Part shown: positions 1 to 9,891 of the stretch, in pieces
Numbering within the stretch: the stretch's first letter is position 1
Layout: each line of letters opens with the position of its first letter
From: a candidate division FCPU426 bacterium
GTDB taxonomy: Bacteria > Oederibacteriota > Muellerivitia > Muellerivitales > Muellerivitaceae
Assembly (NCBI GenBank): GCA_963738405.1
Contig: CAVTWJ010000009.1
Span: 96,001-160,000 of the forward strand
DNA length: 64,000 nt
Reading direction: 5' to 3'
The notes under the pieces: generated by a model
The model's input: the letters and a program-made list of their open reading frames with translations, nothing else
Database searches by the model: none
Told to the model about the DNA's origin: nothing
Position numbers and translations under genes: made by a program

Positions 1-705
1 CCACTCATCCTCAGCCGTGAGAGAGAGGGATAGATCATCGGCGGGTTCTACCGAGACCTGGAGCTCGCCGCTGTAGCTGTACTCGTCAATCTCGTCGATT
101 TTATCCGTGCTTTGGTTGGGCGGGGGCCCCTGGTGGCTGGAAAGCCCCCCTCCGCCGATGAGGCCGATGGTGATCTCGTCCCAAGGTTTCAAGTTCATCG
201 TCAGGGTAGAGCCGTATTCGTTCAAGGCGGCGGCGCCCTGCTGGGTCGTCAATTCCAACGCGGGATTAAAAAATCCCAACCCCAGCCCTCCCTCCAAACT
301 AATTTCCCCGAAATTGGTGTTGGAGCCTTCCACTATTTCCTGGCCCCCGGTCAGCCCCATGGAAAGGTAGTGGCCGCTTTCGGTGAGGTTATAGGTGCCG
401 TTCAGGCACAATTGTTTTTCTATCTGTCCCTGGCCCGCAGAACTGGGCTGGTTGGAATAGGTAAAACCGACCTGACCGGTCCAATGGGGAGCGAAAGGTT
501 TGTCTTCCTCATCGGTATCGGGCGAGACGGTTTCAGGGGAAATGGCGCTCCCACCCTCCGTGACGGCTTCGGAAGGAGTTGTGGAAGGGGTCGGCTGGGT
601 GGCCGTTGTTTCGGCAGCGGAAGTGGGGGCCGGGGTTGTCTGGGCTCCAAGGGATGAAATACACAAAAAGAGACAGATGAAGGCGCCGCAAAAGATTCTC
701 TTCAT
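1..705 (-). CDS. Secreted/outer-membrane beta-barrel-like protein (3' end runs off the window); paralog of 754..1677
   Basis: Not in ORF track. Manual translation from ATG 705: MKRIFCGAFICLFLCISSLGAQTT...DEEDKPFAPHW...DKIDEIDEYSYSGELQVSVEPADDLSLSLTAEDEW. Signal peptide and motifs shared with the neighbour. Confidence 0.8.
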   Translation of the reverse strand, partial: MKRIFCGAFICLFLCISSLGAQTTPAPTSAAETTATQPTPSTTPSEAVTEGGSAISPETVSPDTDEEDKPFAPHWTGQVGFTYSNQPSSAGQGQIEKQLCLNGTYNLTESGHYLSMGLTGGQEIVEGSNTNFGEISLEGGLGLGFFNPALELTTQQGAAALNEYGSTLTMNLKPWDEITIGLIGGGGLSSHQGPPPNQSTDKIDEIDEYSYSGELQVSVEPADDLSLSLTAEDEW

Positions 706-753
706 TGGCTTCCCCGTAAATGTGATGCGCCCAACGAATCAAACCCGATTAAA

Positions 754-1677
754 TTACTCGAAACTATAAGTGAGGGAAACAGTTCCGGCGGCGAAATTTT
801 GGGTTGTGGGGCTGCTGAAATTGACGATTCCGCCCGCCAGGGGGCTATAGACCGACCCCGCCGGGGAATATTCCCGCCCGCCTTCTCCTGAGACCCCTAG
901 GACCCAGCCCTTGGTCAGGGTGAAATCCAGTCCCAGGGTGAGGGAAGCGATTTGGTCGCTTTGATTGAGAGGGTATTTTAGTGAGTGGTTAATGCTTCTT
1001 ATTTGATAAGTAATGTCGTATTCGTTCTCGGCGGTAAGAGAAATGGAAAGCCAATCCCAAGCTTCGTAAGTTAATTCCAAACTGGAATTCCAACTTGCGG
1101 TATCAATTTCCCAAAGTTTATCCGAGGTGAAGGAGGATGAAATTTGGGAAAGATCCCCCTGGTGATTTCCCGCCGAACCTCCCAAGGAAAGACTTATCGA
1201 AAAGGGGTCCCAGAGCTGAAAAGGGAGGCTCAAGGTTCCGGAAAAAAGTTTCAAGGCGTTTTCGCCGCCCTGGAATTGGACCAAGAGGGAGGGGGAAAAA
1301 GAGCCAAGGCCTAAGGTTCCCTGGCCGCCCAGGATGCCGGTATTGGAGTCGCCCCCCTCGATTTTCTGACGGGAATATTCCAGAAAGGCGCCAAGGGAAT
1401 CGCCCCCCTCGTCGAACTCATAGGTGCCGGTAAAGGAAAGGGTGGTGGTGTTTTGCCCGGCTTGCTGGTTGGAATGGCTGAAGCTGAATTCCTTGGACCA
1501 ATGGGGCTTGAAGGGTTTGTCGCTGTCGTCCTCCCCTGAATTCGAGGAGAGTGCGGACACGGCTTTATCCTGTGAATCGGCGGGGGAAGTGGAGGGGTTA
1601 GAGGTTTGCGCTCCCAGAGAGGTTGTCCAAGCCAACGCGGAGAAAATACCAGCCCAGACATAGATTGATTTTTTCAT
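754..1677 (-). CDS. Secreted/outer-membrane beta-barrel-like protein
   Basis: Signal peptide (SLGA-Q), alternating hydrophobic strands, C-terminal VSLTYSFE resembling a beta-signal. Confidence 0.7.
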   Translation of the reverse strand: MKKSIYVWAGIFSALAWTTSLGAQTSNPSTSPADSQDKAVSALSSNSGEDDSDKPFKPHWSKEFSFSHSNQQAGQNTTTLSFTGTYEFDEGGDSLGAFLEYSRQKIEGGDSNTGILGGQGTLGLGSFSPSLLVQFQGGENALKLFSGTLSLPFQLWDPFSISLSLGGSAGNHQGDLSQISSSFTSDKLWEIDTASWNSSLELTYEAWDWLSISLTAENEYDITYQIRSINHSLKYPLNQSDQIASLTLGLDFTLTKGWVLGVSGEGGREYSPAGSVYSPLAGGIVNFSSPTTQNFAAGTVSLTYSFE

Positions 1678-1791
1678 AGGGGTCTCCGGAAGTCTTTATT
1701 CGAAAAGACCTACATCAGGTTCATCCTTCTATTGGACGGTCCGGCGGTCCAAAAGTTGGAACCCGTTTATTTTATCCAATAAGACGTGGTT

Positions 1792-2511
1792 TCAGGCAGG
1801 GGGATGCAGCGGGGATGGGGTGGATTCGGCCACGTGAATTCCGCACTCGATCTTGTTTTTTCCGGCCCAGCGGCCCGCGCGGGGGTCCTCCCCGGCCAAA
1901 ACGGGCCGGGTACAGCATTCGGGGGAACAGCCGATGGAAAGATATCCTTTTTCCCAAAGGGGATGGTAGGGAAGGCCGTGTTCCTTCGCGTATTCCCAAA
2001 GTTTCTTGCTGTTCCAGTCCAATAGGGGGCAGATCTTGACCATGGTTTCCCGGTCCCTCTGGACATAGGGAAGGGCGTTGCGGGTTTGGGCCTGGTTGCG
2101 GCGCACACCGGTGATCCAGGCCTCATAATCTTTCAAGCCCTTCTCGAAGGGCGCGATCTTGTTCACGTCACAGCAGGCGTCAGGGTCGCGCTCGTAAAGT
2201 TTGCCGTTCTTGGCGAGGAATTCTTCGGTTGGGATTTCTGGTTTTAATTCCCGCAGGTTCAAGTGGAGCATCGAAACCAACCGGTCCCGGTGCTCGAGGG
2301 TTTCCTTGAAATGAAAACCCGTGTTGGTGAACAAGACGGGGATATCGGGCTTCACGCGGGTTACCAGGTGGAGTAAAACGGCGCTCTCGGCTCCGAAGGA
2401 AGTGGCCATGGCCAGCTTGCCGTCAAACTCATCCACGGCCCATCGGATCAGGACCAGCGGGTCGCCGGATTGGAACTTTAAATTGAGAGCGTCAAAGTCG
2501 TAGTTTTTCAA
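1792..2511 (-). CDS. cysH: (Phospho)adenylyl-sulfate reductase, probably Fe-S APS-reductase type
   Basis: TSFGAES, TGFHFKET, CC pair (ACCDVNK), GYLSIGC..CC, ECGIH. Confidence 0.92.
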   Translation of the reverse strand: MKNYDFDALNLKFQSGDPLVLIRWAVDEFDGKLAMATSFGAESAVLLHLVTRVKPDIPVLFTNTGFHFKETLEHRDRLVSMLHLNLRELKPEIPTEEFLAKNGKLYERDPDACCDVNKIAPFEKGLKDYEAWITGVRRNQAQTRNALPYVQRDRETMVKICPLLDWNSKKLWEYAKEHGLPYHPLWEKGYLSIGCSPECCTRPVLAGEDPRAGRWAGKNKIECGIHVAESTPSPLHPPA

Positions 2512-2584
2512 TGAAGTCCCCTGAACTTAAAGCCTTGATTCATCTTAGGTTTAGGCTGTAAGAAAGACAATAAGAGGAAAGGGA

Positions 2585-3472
2585 TCAATCCTCCCAGCCG
2601 GGTTCCAGGGAGGCTTTCATCCGGCCTACAAGGGCCTCCAATTCTTTTCTCATCTCCTCTTGGGGCAGGTGTTTCCTTTCCCCATGACCCGGCAAGACCC
2701 ATTCGAAATCAAAACGAAGAAGTTTTTCCATGGACTCGGTTTGTTTTCTCCACGAATACCAGGCCACGCTGGAGGAAGCGCCTAATTGTTTTCGCTTGCG
2801 GCGCCACCAGAGGTGGTCCCCGGTGAAAAGATACTTGTCCTGATAGAGCAAAACGCAATGGCCTTCCGTGTGCCCGGGAGTGGGAATGATTTTAAAACCG
2901 GGAACCGGTTCAAAAAAACCGGCGCCCTTCAGGAGCATTTCCGCGCCCGGCTGGGCGTCCGAATCCTCCTCGTGAATAATACGTTGGGCTCCGAATTCCT
3001 TGGCGTACCTTTCAGCTTCCGCCACGTCGTCCCGGTGTGTGAGAAAGATAAAGCGAAGGCCGCCAAGTTCCCGGAATTTATTTACCAGATGGGGAAGAAA
3101 TTTGGGGGAATCCACCAGCCAATTTCCTTCCGGGTGCTGGATGAAATAGCTGTTGCCTCCGAAAGACTTGGGGGAATTGAACCCGCAGTAAAAAACGCCC
3201 TCCACAATAGGAATGGGGAAGTCCGACAGAATTTTTGAAGACTCGTTGGGGCCTTTGGTTCCAATGGAGCCGGTAGGGCAGGCCAGGAGGGCCTGGGTGG
3301 CGGAGCGGATTTCCGCCTCCGTTTGGGGCTGGACCCGGACAAAAGAGGTATTACCCGCGTCTTCAAATGTCGCGGGCGCCAATTGACGGCAGGTGTCGCA
3401 GTCGATGCAGGTGGAATCGACGAAGAATTCACCTTCAACATTGTTAGAAACCCTTTTTTTCCAGTCGGCCAT
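2585..3472 (-). CDS. Ferredoxin-MBL-fold metallo-hydrolase fusion
   Basis: CIDCDTC...CPTGSI ferredoxin; THRDD, TPGHTEG, FTGDH, LPGHG. Start trimmed to ATG 3472. Confidence 0.85.
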   Translation of the reverse strand: MADWKKRVSNNVEGEFFVDSTCIDCDTCRQLAPATFEDAGNTSFVRVQPQTEAEIRSATQALLACPTGSIGTKGPNESSKILSDFPIPIVEGVFYCGFNSPKSFGGNSYFIQHPEGNWLVDSPKFLPHLVNKFRELGGLRFIFLTHRDDVAEAERYAKEFGAQRIIHEEDSDAQPGAEMLLKGAGFFEPVPGFKIIPTPGHTEGHCVLLYQDKYLFTGDHLWWRRKRKQLGASSSVAWYSWRKQTESMEKLLRFDFEWVLPGHGERKHLPQEEMRKELEALVGRMKASLEPGWED

Positions 3473-3604
3473 ATGTCCAAGATGGGATGGCAACCCTGAC
3501 AAAGTAAAGGGCTTGTTATGTTTTTTCCTCCCTGATTGAAAACCACCCCATTCGACGGTTAAGGTATTGCCCATTCACAACATCCTTCACCCCACGAGGT
3601 CCCC

Positions 3605-5140
3605 ATGGCCGGCGACAGCAACCTGGAAAACCCACTTCGCGAAGGACTCTTCTCCGACCGGGTGCCCCTGCCCTGCACCCTGGTGATCTTCGGCGCCTCC
3701 GGGGACCTGACCCAGCGCAAACTGGTTCCGGCCCTCTTTGATCTCTACCGCCGCCACCAGCTTCCCGCGGCCTTTAGCCTGATCGGCATTTCCCGCTCCA
3801 AGTTGACCGATCCGGAATTCCGCCAGCGGTTGAAGGATTTCTTGAAGGAAGAGGACCCGGGTTTGTCGGATGCTTTGTATGACAGCTTTTCGCAGAATTT
3901 TCATTATTTAGCCGGAGGCTATGACGATCCAGCGGCCTTTACGGCCCTGGCCGAAATGATTGGTCAGTTGGACGCCAAGAACGGCACCCAGGGCAACCGA
4001 ATCTTTTATCTTTCCACCCCGCCTAACGTATTCAAGGCCATCATCACCAACCTAAACGGCGCTGGTTTGAACAAAGAAGAAAAGGGCTACTCCCGAATTG
4101 TCATCGAGAAACCCTTTGGCCGGGACCTGGCCACCGCCCAGGAACTGAACCGGCAAGTGAAGGAAGCCTTCCAGGAACACCAGATCTACCGTATCGACCA
4201 TTACCTGGGCAAGGAAACGGTGCAGAACCTATTGGTGATGCGCTTCGCCAATTCTATCTTCGAGCCCATTTGGGACCGCCGATACGTGGACCACGTGCAG
4301 ATCACCGCCTGCGAGGACCTGGGCGTAGGAAGCCGGGCGGGTTATTACGAATCTTCCGGCGTGATGAGGGACATGTTCCAAAACCACCTTCTGCAGGTGC
4401 TTTGCCTGGTGGCCATGGAGCCGCCCGCGGCCTTTGAGGCCAACGCCATCCGCGACGAGAAATTGAAAATTTTGCGCTCTATCCGTCCTATTCCGGAAAC
4501 CGAGATGGACCAATGGGCCGTGCGGGGCCAGTATGGGCCGGGGTTTTTGGGCGGGGAAAAGGTTCCGGGCTACCGGGAAGAAGAGGGGGTGAAGCCTTCC
4601 ACCACGACTCCCACCTTCGCGGCGGTAAGGTTGTTTCTCGATACCTGGCGCTGGCATGGGGTTCCCTTCTTTCTCCGTTCGGGTAAAAGACTTCCCAAGC
4701 GGGCCACCGAAGTGGCAATCCAGTTCAAAGAGCCTCCCAACCTTCTTTTCAAAGGCAACATGGGGGAATTATCCCCCAACGTTCTGGTGGTGCGCATCCA
4801 GCCGGATGAGGGAATCACCTTGAAATTCGAGACCAAAGTGCCGGGCATGACCATGGAAGTGCGCACCGTGAATATGGACTTCCGCTATAACACCAGCTTC
4901 GCGGAAGGCACATCCGAAGCCTACGAAAGGCTTCTGCTGGACTGCATGCTGGGAGACGCGACCCTCTTTATCCGGGGTGACGAGGCGGAAGCGGCCTGGA
5001 GCGCGGTCATGCCCATCCTCAACGCTTGGGAAACCACACTTCCGAAGGAATACTTTCCCAATTATGAGGCGGGCACCTGGGGCCCGGCCTCCGCCGACGC
5101 GCTGTTGGAAAAACCCTGGCGGGAATGGCGGCACCTGTGA
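3605..5140 (+). CDS. zwf: Glucose-6-phosphate 1-dehydrogenase
   Basis: GASGDL, EKPFG, RIDHYLGKETV. Confidence 0.97.
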   Translation: MAGDSNLENPLREGLFSDRVPLPCTLVIFGASGDLTQRKLVPALFDLYRRHQLPAAFSLIGISRSKLTDPEFRQRLKDFLKEEDPGLSDALYDSFSQNFHYLAGGYDDPAAFTALAEMIGQLDAKNGTQGNRIFYLSTPPNVFKAIITNLNGAGLNKEEKGYSRIVIEKPFGRDLATAQELNRQVKEAFQEHQIYRIDHYLGKETVQNLLVMRFANSIFEPIWDRRYVDHVQITACEDLGVGSRAGYYESSGVMRDMFQNHLLQVLCLVAMEPPAAFEANAIRDEKLKILRSIRPIPETEMDQWAVRGQYGPGFLGGEKVPGYREEEGVKPSTTTPTFAAVRLFLDTWRWHGVPFFLRSGKRLPKRATEVAIQFKEPPNLLFKGNMGELSPNVLVVRIQPDEGITLKFETKVPGMTMEVRTVNMDFRYNTSFAEGTSEAYERLLLDCMLGDATLFIRGDEAEAAWSAVMPILNAWETTLPKEYFPNYEAGTWGPASADALLEKPWREWRHL

Positions 5141-6243
5141 GCCCCCTCACCGCTCAGCAGGTCGAAAAAGACCTTGGGGAATTGTGGAAGACTCTTCCGG
5201 GGGACGAAACCAAAGACCTGGGTCTTCAAAGGGTCTATACCACTAACCTGGTGGCTTATGCGGAGGACCCGGCCGAGGGTTTTCGCGTGGAGCGCACCCT
5301 TCATCACCTGGCAGAGATCCATCCGGGCCGTTACATTCTGGTGCAGCCTGGGGAAAAAGAGGAAGAAGTACCCCTTCCCCCGGTCCGACATTTTGTCTCG
5401 GGGCATTGTTTCCTATTCCAAGGACGCGATAAGAGAGTTTGCTGCGAGCTGGTGCAGTTGGTGGCCGATCCGGCCAAGATGGACCATCTTTATGGCCTGG
5501 CCTTCTCGCTCCTCCTGCCGGACTTGCCCGTGGAATTTTGGTGGCCGGGGGATCTAGCCCCACGACATCCTTTCTTCAGCCAAATGGCCGGGGAAACGAG
5601 CCGGGTTTGGGTGGATTCTTCCCGGTTCAAGGGCGTCCTGAACCCCCTGGTGTCCCTGGCCGATTCCTGGAAGGGGCTCTATCCCCGTGTTCAATTGGGA
5701 GACTTGAATTGGGTGAGACTTCACCGCTGGCGCGCCTTGATCGCCGAGTTTTTTGACGGCCAATGGGCTCCCTATCTTTCACAAATAAGGGAAGTGACGA
5801 TCAAATACGGGGATCAGTCCCACCCGGTACGCCCTTTCTACCTTGCCTGCTGGCTGGGGGCCCTCTTGGGCTGGCGTCCCGGAAATACCCGCTATAAGAC
5901 TATTCCCGAACGCTTTCATTTCACGGGGCGCCGGGGCGATATCGCGGTGAAATTGGAGCCCGTGCCGCTTCAAGATGAGCTGAAAGACCGAATCTATTCG
6001 GTCGAAATCAACACCGCCAACGGAAACCCGGGCCGGTTCACCATCGACCGGGGCCAGGACCCCTTCACCGTCACCGCCCGTTCTCAAGTGGAAGGCCGCA
6101 CGACCTTTTCTCGCACCGTCACCTTCGAACATTTACATACTTATGAATTGCTGTCCGAGGGCATCCGGCACCTGGAAACCGACACGGCTTTTGAAAAGAC
6201 CATGAAAATGGCAGCTTTGATGCTGGAAAAAGCCAAATTGTAA
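5125..6243 (+). CDS. opcA: G6PD assembly protein OpcA (start may be GTG 5137)
   Basis: LLLPDLPVEFWWPG, DLNWVRLHRWRALIA; directly after zwf. Confidence 0.88.
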   Translation: MAAPVSPLTAQQVEKDLGELWKTLPGDETKDLGLQRVYTTNLVAYAEDPAEGFRVERTLHHLAEIHPGRYILVQPGEKEEEVPLPPVRHFVSGHCFLFQGRDKRVCCELVQLVADPAKMDHLYGLAFSLLLPDLPVEFWWPGDLAPRHPFFSQMAGETSRVWVDSSRFKGVLNPLVSLADSWKGLYPRVQLGDLNWVRLHRWRALIAEFFDGQWAPYLSQIREVTIKYGDQSHPVRPFYLACWLGALLGWRPGNTRYKTIPERFHFTGRRGDIAVKLEPVPLQDELKDRIYSVEINTANGNPGRFTIDRGQDPFTVTARSQVEGRTTFSRTVTFEHLHTYELLSEGIRHLETDTAFEKTMKMAALMLEKAKL

Positions 6244-6400
6244 GAAAAGAATTTCGGCGACAAGGTCTTCCCTGGTTGGAAAGGCTCTCCCCCGATTGCT
6301 ACAATTAAAAGGCAAGGGGGTTGCCTCCCCCTTTTCCCCTTTCCTTCCGGGCCTATGGATTCGGGACGCTGATCCAGGCCTTCCTGCACCGGGAGAATCC

Positions 6401-7255
6401 ATGAGTCCAGCCAAGAAAACCGCCGTCAAGAAAAAGAAAATCGCGCCTAAGTCCAAGTTCGTCAAAGCCGTCAAGAAAGTCCCGTCGCCCGCCAAAATCA
6501 AACCCGCTGTTTTTGATCCCGAAGTCCGGGTTTACCCCACGAAGGAAATTTTATTTGAGGAAGCCGCTCCCATTGTGATGATGAGGGCGAGGGAAGCCGC
6601 CGACAAACGGGGCCGCTTTGTTTGGGCAATTTCGGGAGGTTCCACCCCCAAGGGTTTGTTTCAACAATTGACTGAAGAGCCGGTCTTGAGCCTCATGCCC
6701 TGGGACAAAACCTACGTATTCTGGGTGGATGAGCGCCATGTTCCCCTGGATCATCCCGATAGCAACTACCGCATGACCCAGGAATACCTGCTTTCCAAAG
6801 TGCCGATCCCGAAGGAAAACATCTTTCCCATGACCAAGGGCGCCCAGCCAGTCGATCAGGCGGCCTCTACTTACGAAAATAAGCTGCACAAATTTTTCGG
6901 TGAGGAAATGAAATTGCCCCAGTTTGACATGGTCCTCTTAGGCATGGGCGATGACGGCCACACGGCCAGCCTTTTCCCCGGTATGCAAACTTTGAACGAG
7001 ACGGATAAATGGGTGGTGGGTTATTTCGTCGATGACGCGCGTAAGGAAAGAATCACCCTGACTTTCCCAGTCTTGAACGCCGCCCGTATGGTCATGACGC
7101 TGGTGGAAGGCGAAAAAAAAGCGGCGCGGGTGAAAGCCGTATTGGAAGGGCCCAAGGACCCGCCGGAATATCCCATCCAATACATCCGGCCGGCGTCCGG
7201 CCAGTTTGACTTTCTGATGGACGCTGCCGCGGGCAAAAAACTCAGCAAAAAATAA
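6401..7255 (+). CDS. pgl: 6-phosphogluconolactonase with Lys-rich N-terminal extension
   Basis: SGGSTP, DERHVP, GMGDDGHTASLFP, RITLT; GGAG RBS before ATG 6401. Confidence 0.93.
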   Translation: MSPAKKTAVKKKKIAPKSKFVKAVKKVPSPAKIKPAVFDPEVRVYPTKEILFEEAAPIVMMRAREAADKRGRFVWAISGGSTPKGLFQQLTEEPVLSLMPWDKTYVFWVDERHVPLDHPDSNYRMTQEYLLSKVPIPKENIFPMTKGAQPVDQAASTYENKLHKFFGEEMKLPQFDMVLLGMGDDGHTASLFPGMQTLNETDKWVVGYFVDDARKERITLTFPVLNAARMVMTLVEGEKKAARVKAVLEGPKDPPEYPIQYIRPASGQFDFLMDAAAGKKLSKK

Positions 7256-7266
7256 AGCCAAATCCA

Positions 7267-8625
7267 TTAGTTGACCGGCTGGGGGCCCTCTAGGGTGCCT
7301 GCGTGCAAGGTATAGGTGATGGTCGCGGCGCCGTTGGCTGGGACCGGCACATCGAACTCAAAATTGTTCGCGTCTTTTTTGCGGAAGTCCTGGCTCTTTT
7401 GAGTGATGTGCCATTCACCCCAGGCGTGTTCCACCGCGACGACCTGGATGGCCGTATCCTTGTGATTGCGCAAGACAATCTGGATGTCTTGTTCGTTGGT
7501 TTGGCTTCCCGCCCGGCGCACCGCCAGTATCTTTCTTTCACCCACCACGTCGAAAGCCTTGCCCATGTTCACGCGCACCTTCTCGTCCTTGGGGGTGTGG
7601 TCGATGGAATCTTCCCCGATAAATTGGTCGGTTGAATCCTCATCGGCCTTATAGACCCGTATCTTTCCGGCGGGCAGGGGCATGCCCATGCCATTGGCTT
7701 CTTTGTTATCCAGTTCCAGGGTCACACTCACCTTTTTATCATCCTGGCTCCCGTCATAGGTGTATTTCTTCAATACGGGCACGCCCTGGGCCTCCATCAA
7801 CTGAACCTGTTTGACCTGCTTGTCCAACAGGTCGGTGGGGCGCTGAAGGGTGTAGAGGTGGTATTCAAAGAGGCTCTTTTCTTGGAACTGGGGAGCTGGG
7901 GGGGCCGCATTCTCCGCTTTGGCCATCTCATACATCGCGCCGCCAGAGGGTGCCGGTTCGACCCGGTTTACGTCCCCCGCCACCAATTTCAGGCGGGCAT
8001 CCCTGTAGCTGGCGCCCGATTCGTTGTCGAGCGACACCCAGCCGTTTAGGTCCATGGTTTTTTCGTCCGGCGAAACCTTGGCAACATATTCGCAATGCCA
8101 GCTTAAACCGGTGGTCATGTAGGTAAGGGTCAGGGGTTTGGAAGCGGTCAGGGGGGATTTGACCTTCCAAACGAGGGTGGGTTTGAGGATGAGTCCTCCA
8201 GGCAGGTCGGGAAAGTCCAACCGAACCAATTCGGACCGGTTCAGCATCTGCACCCCGCCGTCCTTGAGTCCCAAGACCAACTGGTTCCCATCGAAAGAGA
8301 AAAGCTTGCCCTCGTAGGGTTTGCCCGCCTTGTCGAACCCCGAAAGGGTTTCGCCGATGTATTTTTGAAGCAGGATGTCGGATGAAACCAGGTCGTAATC
8401 GTAATTCTGTTCCAGCACCTGAAAGCCCTCGGGGCCGTCCAGCGCCACCGAAGTGGGGTCGATTTGGGAGGCCACATCCTGGAAGCGCAGGGTCTGAAGG
8501 CCCTCTTTGAGGTCGAAGGGCCGGGTTTCTCGAATGACTCCCAGGTTATCGTTGTAGGCCGTGACGGATACTTCGGCAAATCCCAGGGAGGGCAGTAACA
8601 GCAGGAAAAGCAGGGTCTTTTTCAT
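7267..8625 (-). CDS. Secreted DUF4139-family protein
   Basis: Signal peptide; EQNYDYDL, LKLVAGDVNR, LFEYHLY, GMPLPAGKIRVY, FIGEDSIDHTPKDE. Confidence 0.8.
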   Translation of the reverse strand: MKKTLLFLLLLPSLGFAEVSVTAYNDNLGVIRETRPFDLKEGLQTLRFQDVASQIDPTSVALDGPEGFQVLEQNYDYDLVSSDILLQKYIGETLSGFDKAGKPYEGKLFSFDGNQLVLGLKDGGVQMLNRSELVRLDFPDLPGGLILKPTLVWKVKSPLTASKPLTLTYMTTGLSWHCEYVAKVSPDEKTMDLNGWVSLDNESGASYRDARLKLVAGDVNRVEPAPSGGAMYEMAKAENAAPPAPQFQEKSLFEYHLYTLQRPTDLLDKQVKQVQLMEAQGVPVLKKYTYDGSQDDKKVSVTLELDNKEANGMGMPLPAGKIRVYKADEDSTDQFIGEDSIDHTPKDEKVRVNMGKAFDVVGERKILAVRRAGSQTNEQDIQIVLRNHKDTAIQVVAVEHAWGEWHITQKSQDFRKKDANNFEFDVPVPANGAATITYTLHAGTLEGPQPVN

Positions 8626-8687
8626 TTAAAACTCCTTTAAAAGTGGGTCTTGTTGAATTGGACCCGCTCAAGGAGTTTTGGTTCCAG
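8582..8687. repeat. 106-bp direct repeat, copy 1 (DUF4139 upstream region and first codons)
   Basis: Ungapped match to 9711..9816 with 10 mismatches by manual count. Confidence 0.92.
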
Positions 8688-8694
8688 GAATTTA

Positions 8695-8937
8695 TTATCG
8701 ATTTATTTTTTTGCTCAATTTGGAAAAAGGTGTGGCCATCCCTTTGTGGAGGGATTCGCGCATGCCGGGAATGGATAGAAGATAAAGGGTCTCTTGGATG
8801 GCCTGCCAATCCTTTTCGGAAACCAGAACCCCGTTGGCGCGCTTTCTTATTATGTGGATTGGTTTGTGGCTTTTGGCTGTCTGGTCCAAAAGTCGATTAA
8901 GACTAGCTCGGGCTTTGCTGGCGGTTAAGGTCTTCAT
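8695..8937 (-). CDS. Phd/YefM-family antitoxin with no adjacent YoeB/RelE toxin
   Basis: MKTLTASKARASLNRLLDQ...VLVSEKDWQAIQETLYLLSIPGMRESL. Confidence 0.88.
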   Translation of the reverse strand: MKTLTASKARASLNRLLDQTAKSHKPIHIIRKRANGVLVSEKDWQAIQETLYLLSIPGMRESLHKGMATPFSKLSKKINR

Positions 8938-9380
8938 AAGTTCTCCCATTCGCCTAACCATCGGACTTGATGAGAATAGGCTTTCAATTTATGGACCAAT
9001 TTTTGATCCGCAGTCAGCAAGGGAAAGCCTAAGAGATCCGAAAGGGCGACGTAACAAGCGTCATAGGCGGTTATGTCCTTTTCCAGGGCGATATTCAAGG
9101 CCATCTGAAAGAGGTTTTGAGTCGGGACAGGGTTTAACCCGAGAAAGGCCAGTTGCTCTAGGTTATGTTGTGCTTTACGGGCGGAATAACCGTACCGTTT
9201 GACGTGTTTCCAAAGAATAGAGGCGCATTCGACGTAAAAAAGGTCAGGGACGTGAATGGTAAAGGAAGGATCGTTGCCCAAGTTTCCTACGAAAGATTCG
9301 GCATGCTTGGCGTAAGGTTCTTGAAGAAAAATTTTGACCCCGACACTGGCATCCATGACCCATTGGTTAGGCCGGCTCAC
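8934..9380 (-). CDS. vapC: VapC/PIN-domain toxin
   Basis: VMDASVGVK, VPDLFYVE, TAYDACYVAL, LLTAD. Confidence 0.9.
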   Translation of the reverse strand: MSRPNQWVMDASVGVKIFLQEPYAKHAESFVGNLGNDPSFTIHVPDLFYVECASILWKHVKRYGYSARKAQHNLEQLAFLGLNPVPTQNLFQMALNIALEKDITAYDACYVALSDLLGFPLLTADQKLVHKLKAYSHQVRWLGEWENL

Positions 9381-9625
9381 CGGGCGCGGTCCTCCCGCAA
9401 CAGGGAGACGCTATCGGGGATGGAATGGACATATTTCAGTTTGGCCCTGTTTTGTTTGAGGTCTTTCAATATTTCGCTTTGAGTCTTGAGGCGGTTTTCT
9501 TCGTCAACGGCCCGGTCCAATAGGGTTACCACTTGCGCGCTCAGTGAACGGCGCTGAAGAGCGGCTAATTTACGAATTTTTTGATAGAGATTCGCGGGCA
9601 CATCGCGCACATGAAGGATGGGCAT
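9377..9625 (-). CDS. FitA-like ribbon-helix-helix antitoxin
   Basis: MPILHVRDVP...AALQRRSLSAQV; 4-nt overlap with the PIN toxin. Confidence 0.85.
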   Translation of the reverse strand: MPILHVRDVPANLYQKIRKLAALQRRSLSAQVVTLLDRAVDEENRLKTQSEILKDLKQNRAKLKYVHSIPDSVSLLREDRAR

Positions 9626-9655
9626 GTAAAGGCTCCTGTAAAACAAGTTAAGAAT

Positions 9656-9684
9656 AATATATTCAGGATGCTTTCACTTTGCAA
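9656..9684 (-). promoter_or_regulatory. Sigma70-type promoter of the TA operon
   Basis: TTGCAA-17 bp-TATATT, with GCATCCTG direct repeats nearby. Confidence 0.55.
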
Positions 9685-9710
9685 CCAGGATGCGATAGGC
9701 GCCGCCAAAG

Positions 9711-9816
9711 CCCAGGGAGGAGAGAAACGGTAGGAAAAGCAGGGTCTTTTTCATCGAAAACTCCTTTAAAAGTGGGTCTTGATGAATTGGACCCGCCCAA
9801 GAAGTTTTGGTTCCAG
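9711..9816. repeat. 106-bp direct repeat, copy 2; carries a 26-aa stub of the DUF4139 5' end
   Basis: Stub MKKTLLFLPFLSSLGF... from ATG 9754. Confidence 0.92.
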
Positions 9817-9891
9817 AGAAATTACTAGTTTTAGCTGTTAGGTGTCATTTTCTTAGGATTTGAGAACCGTGAAATTCGAGGTTATTTGAAT

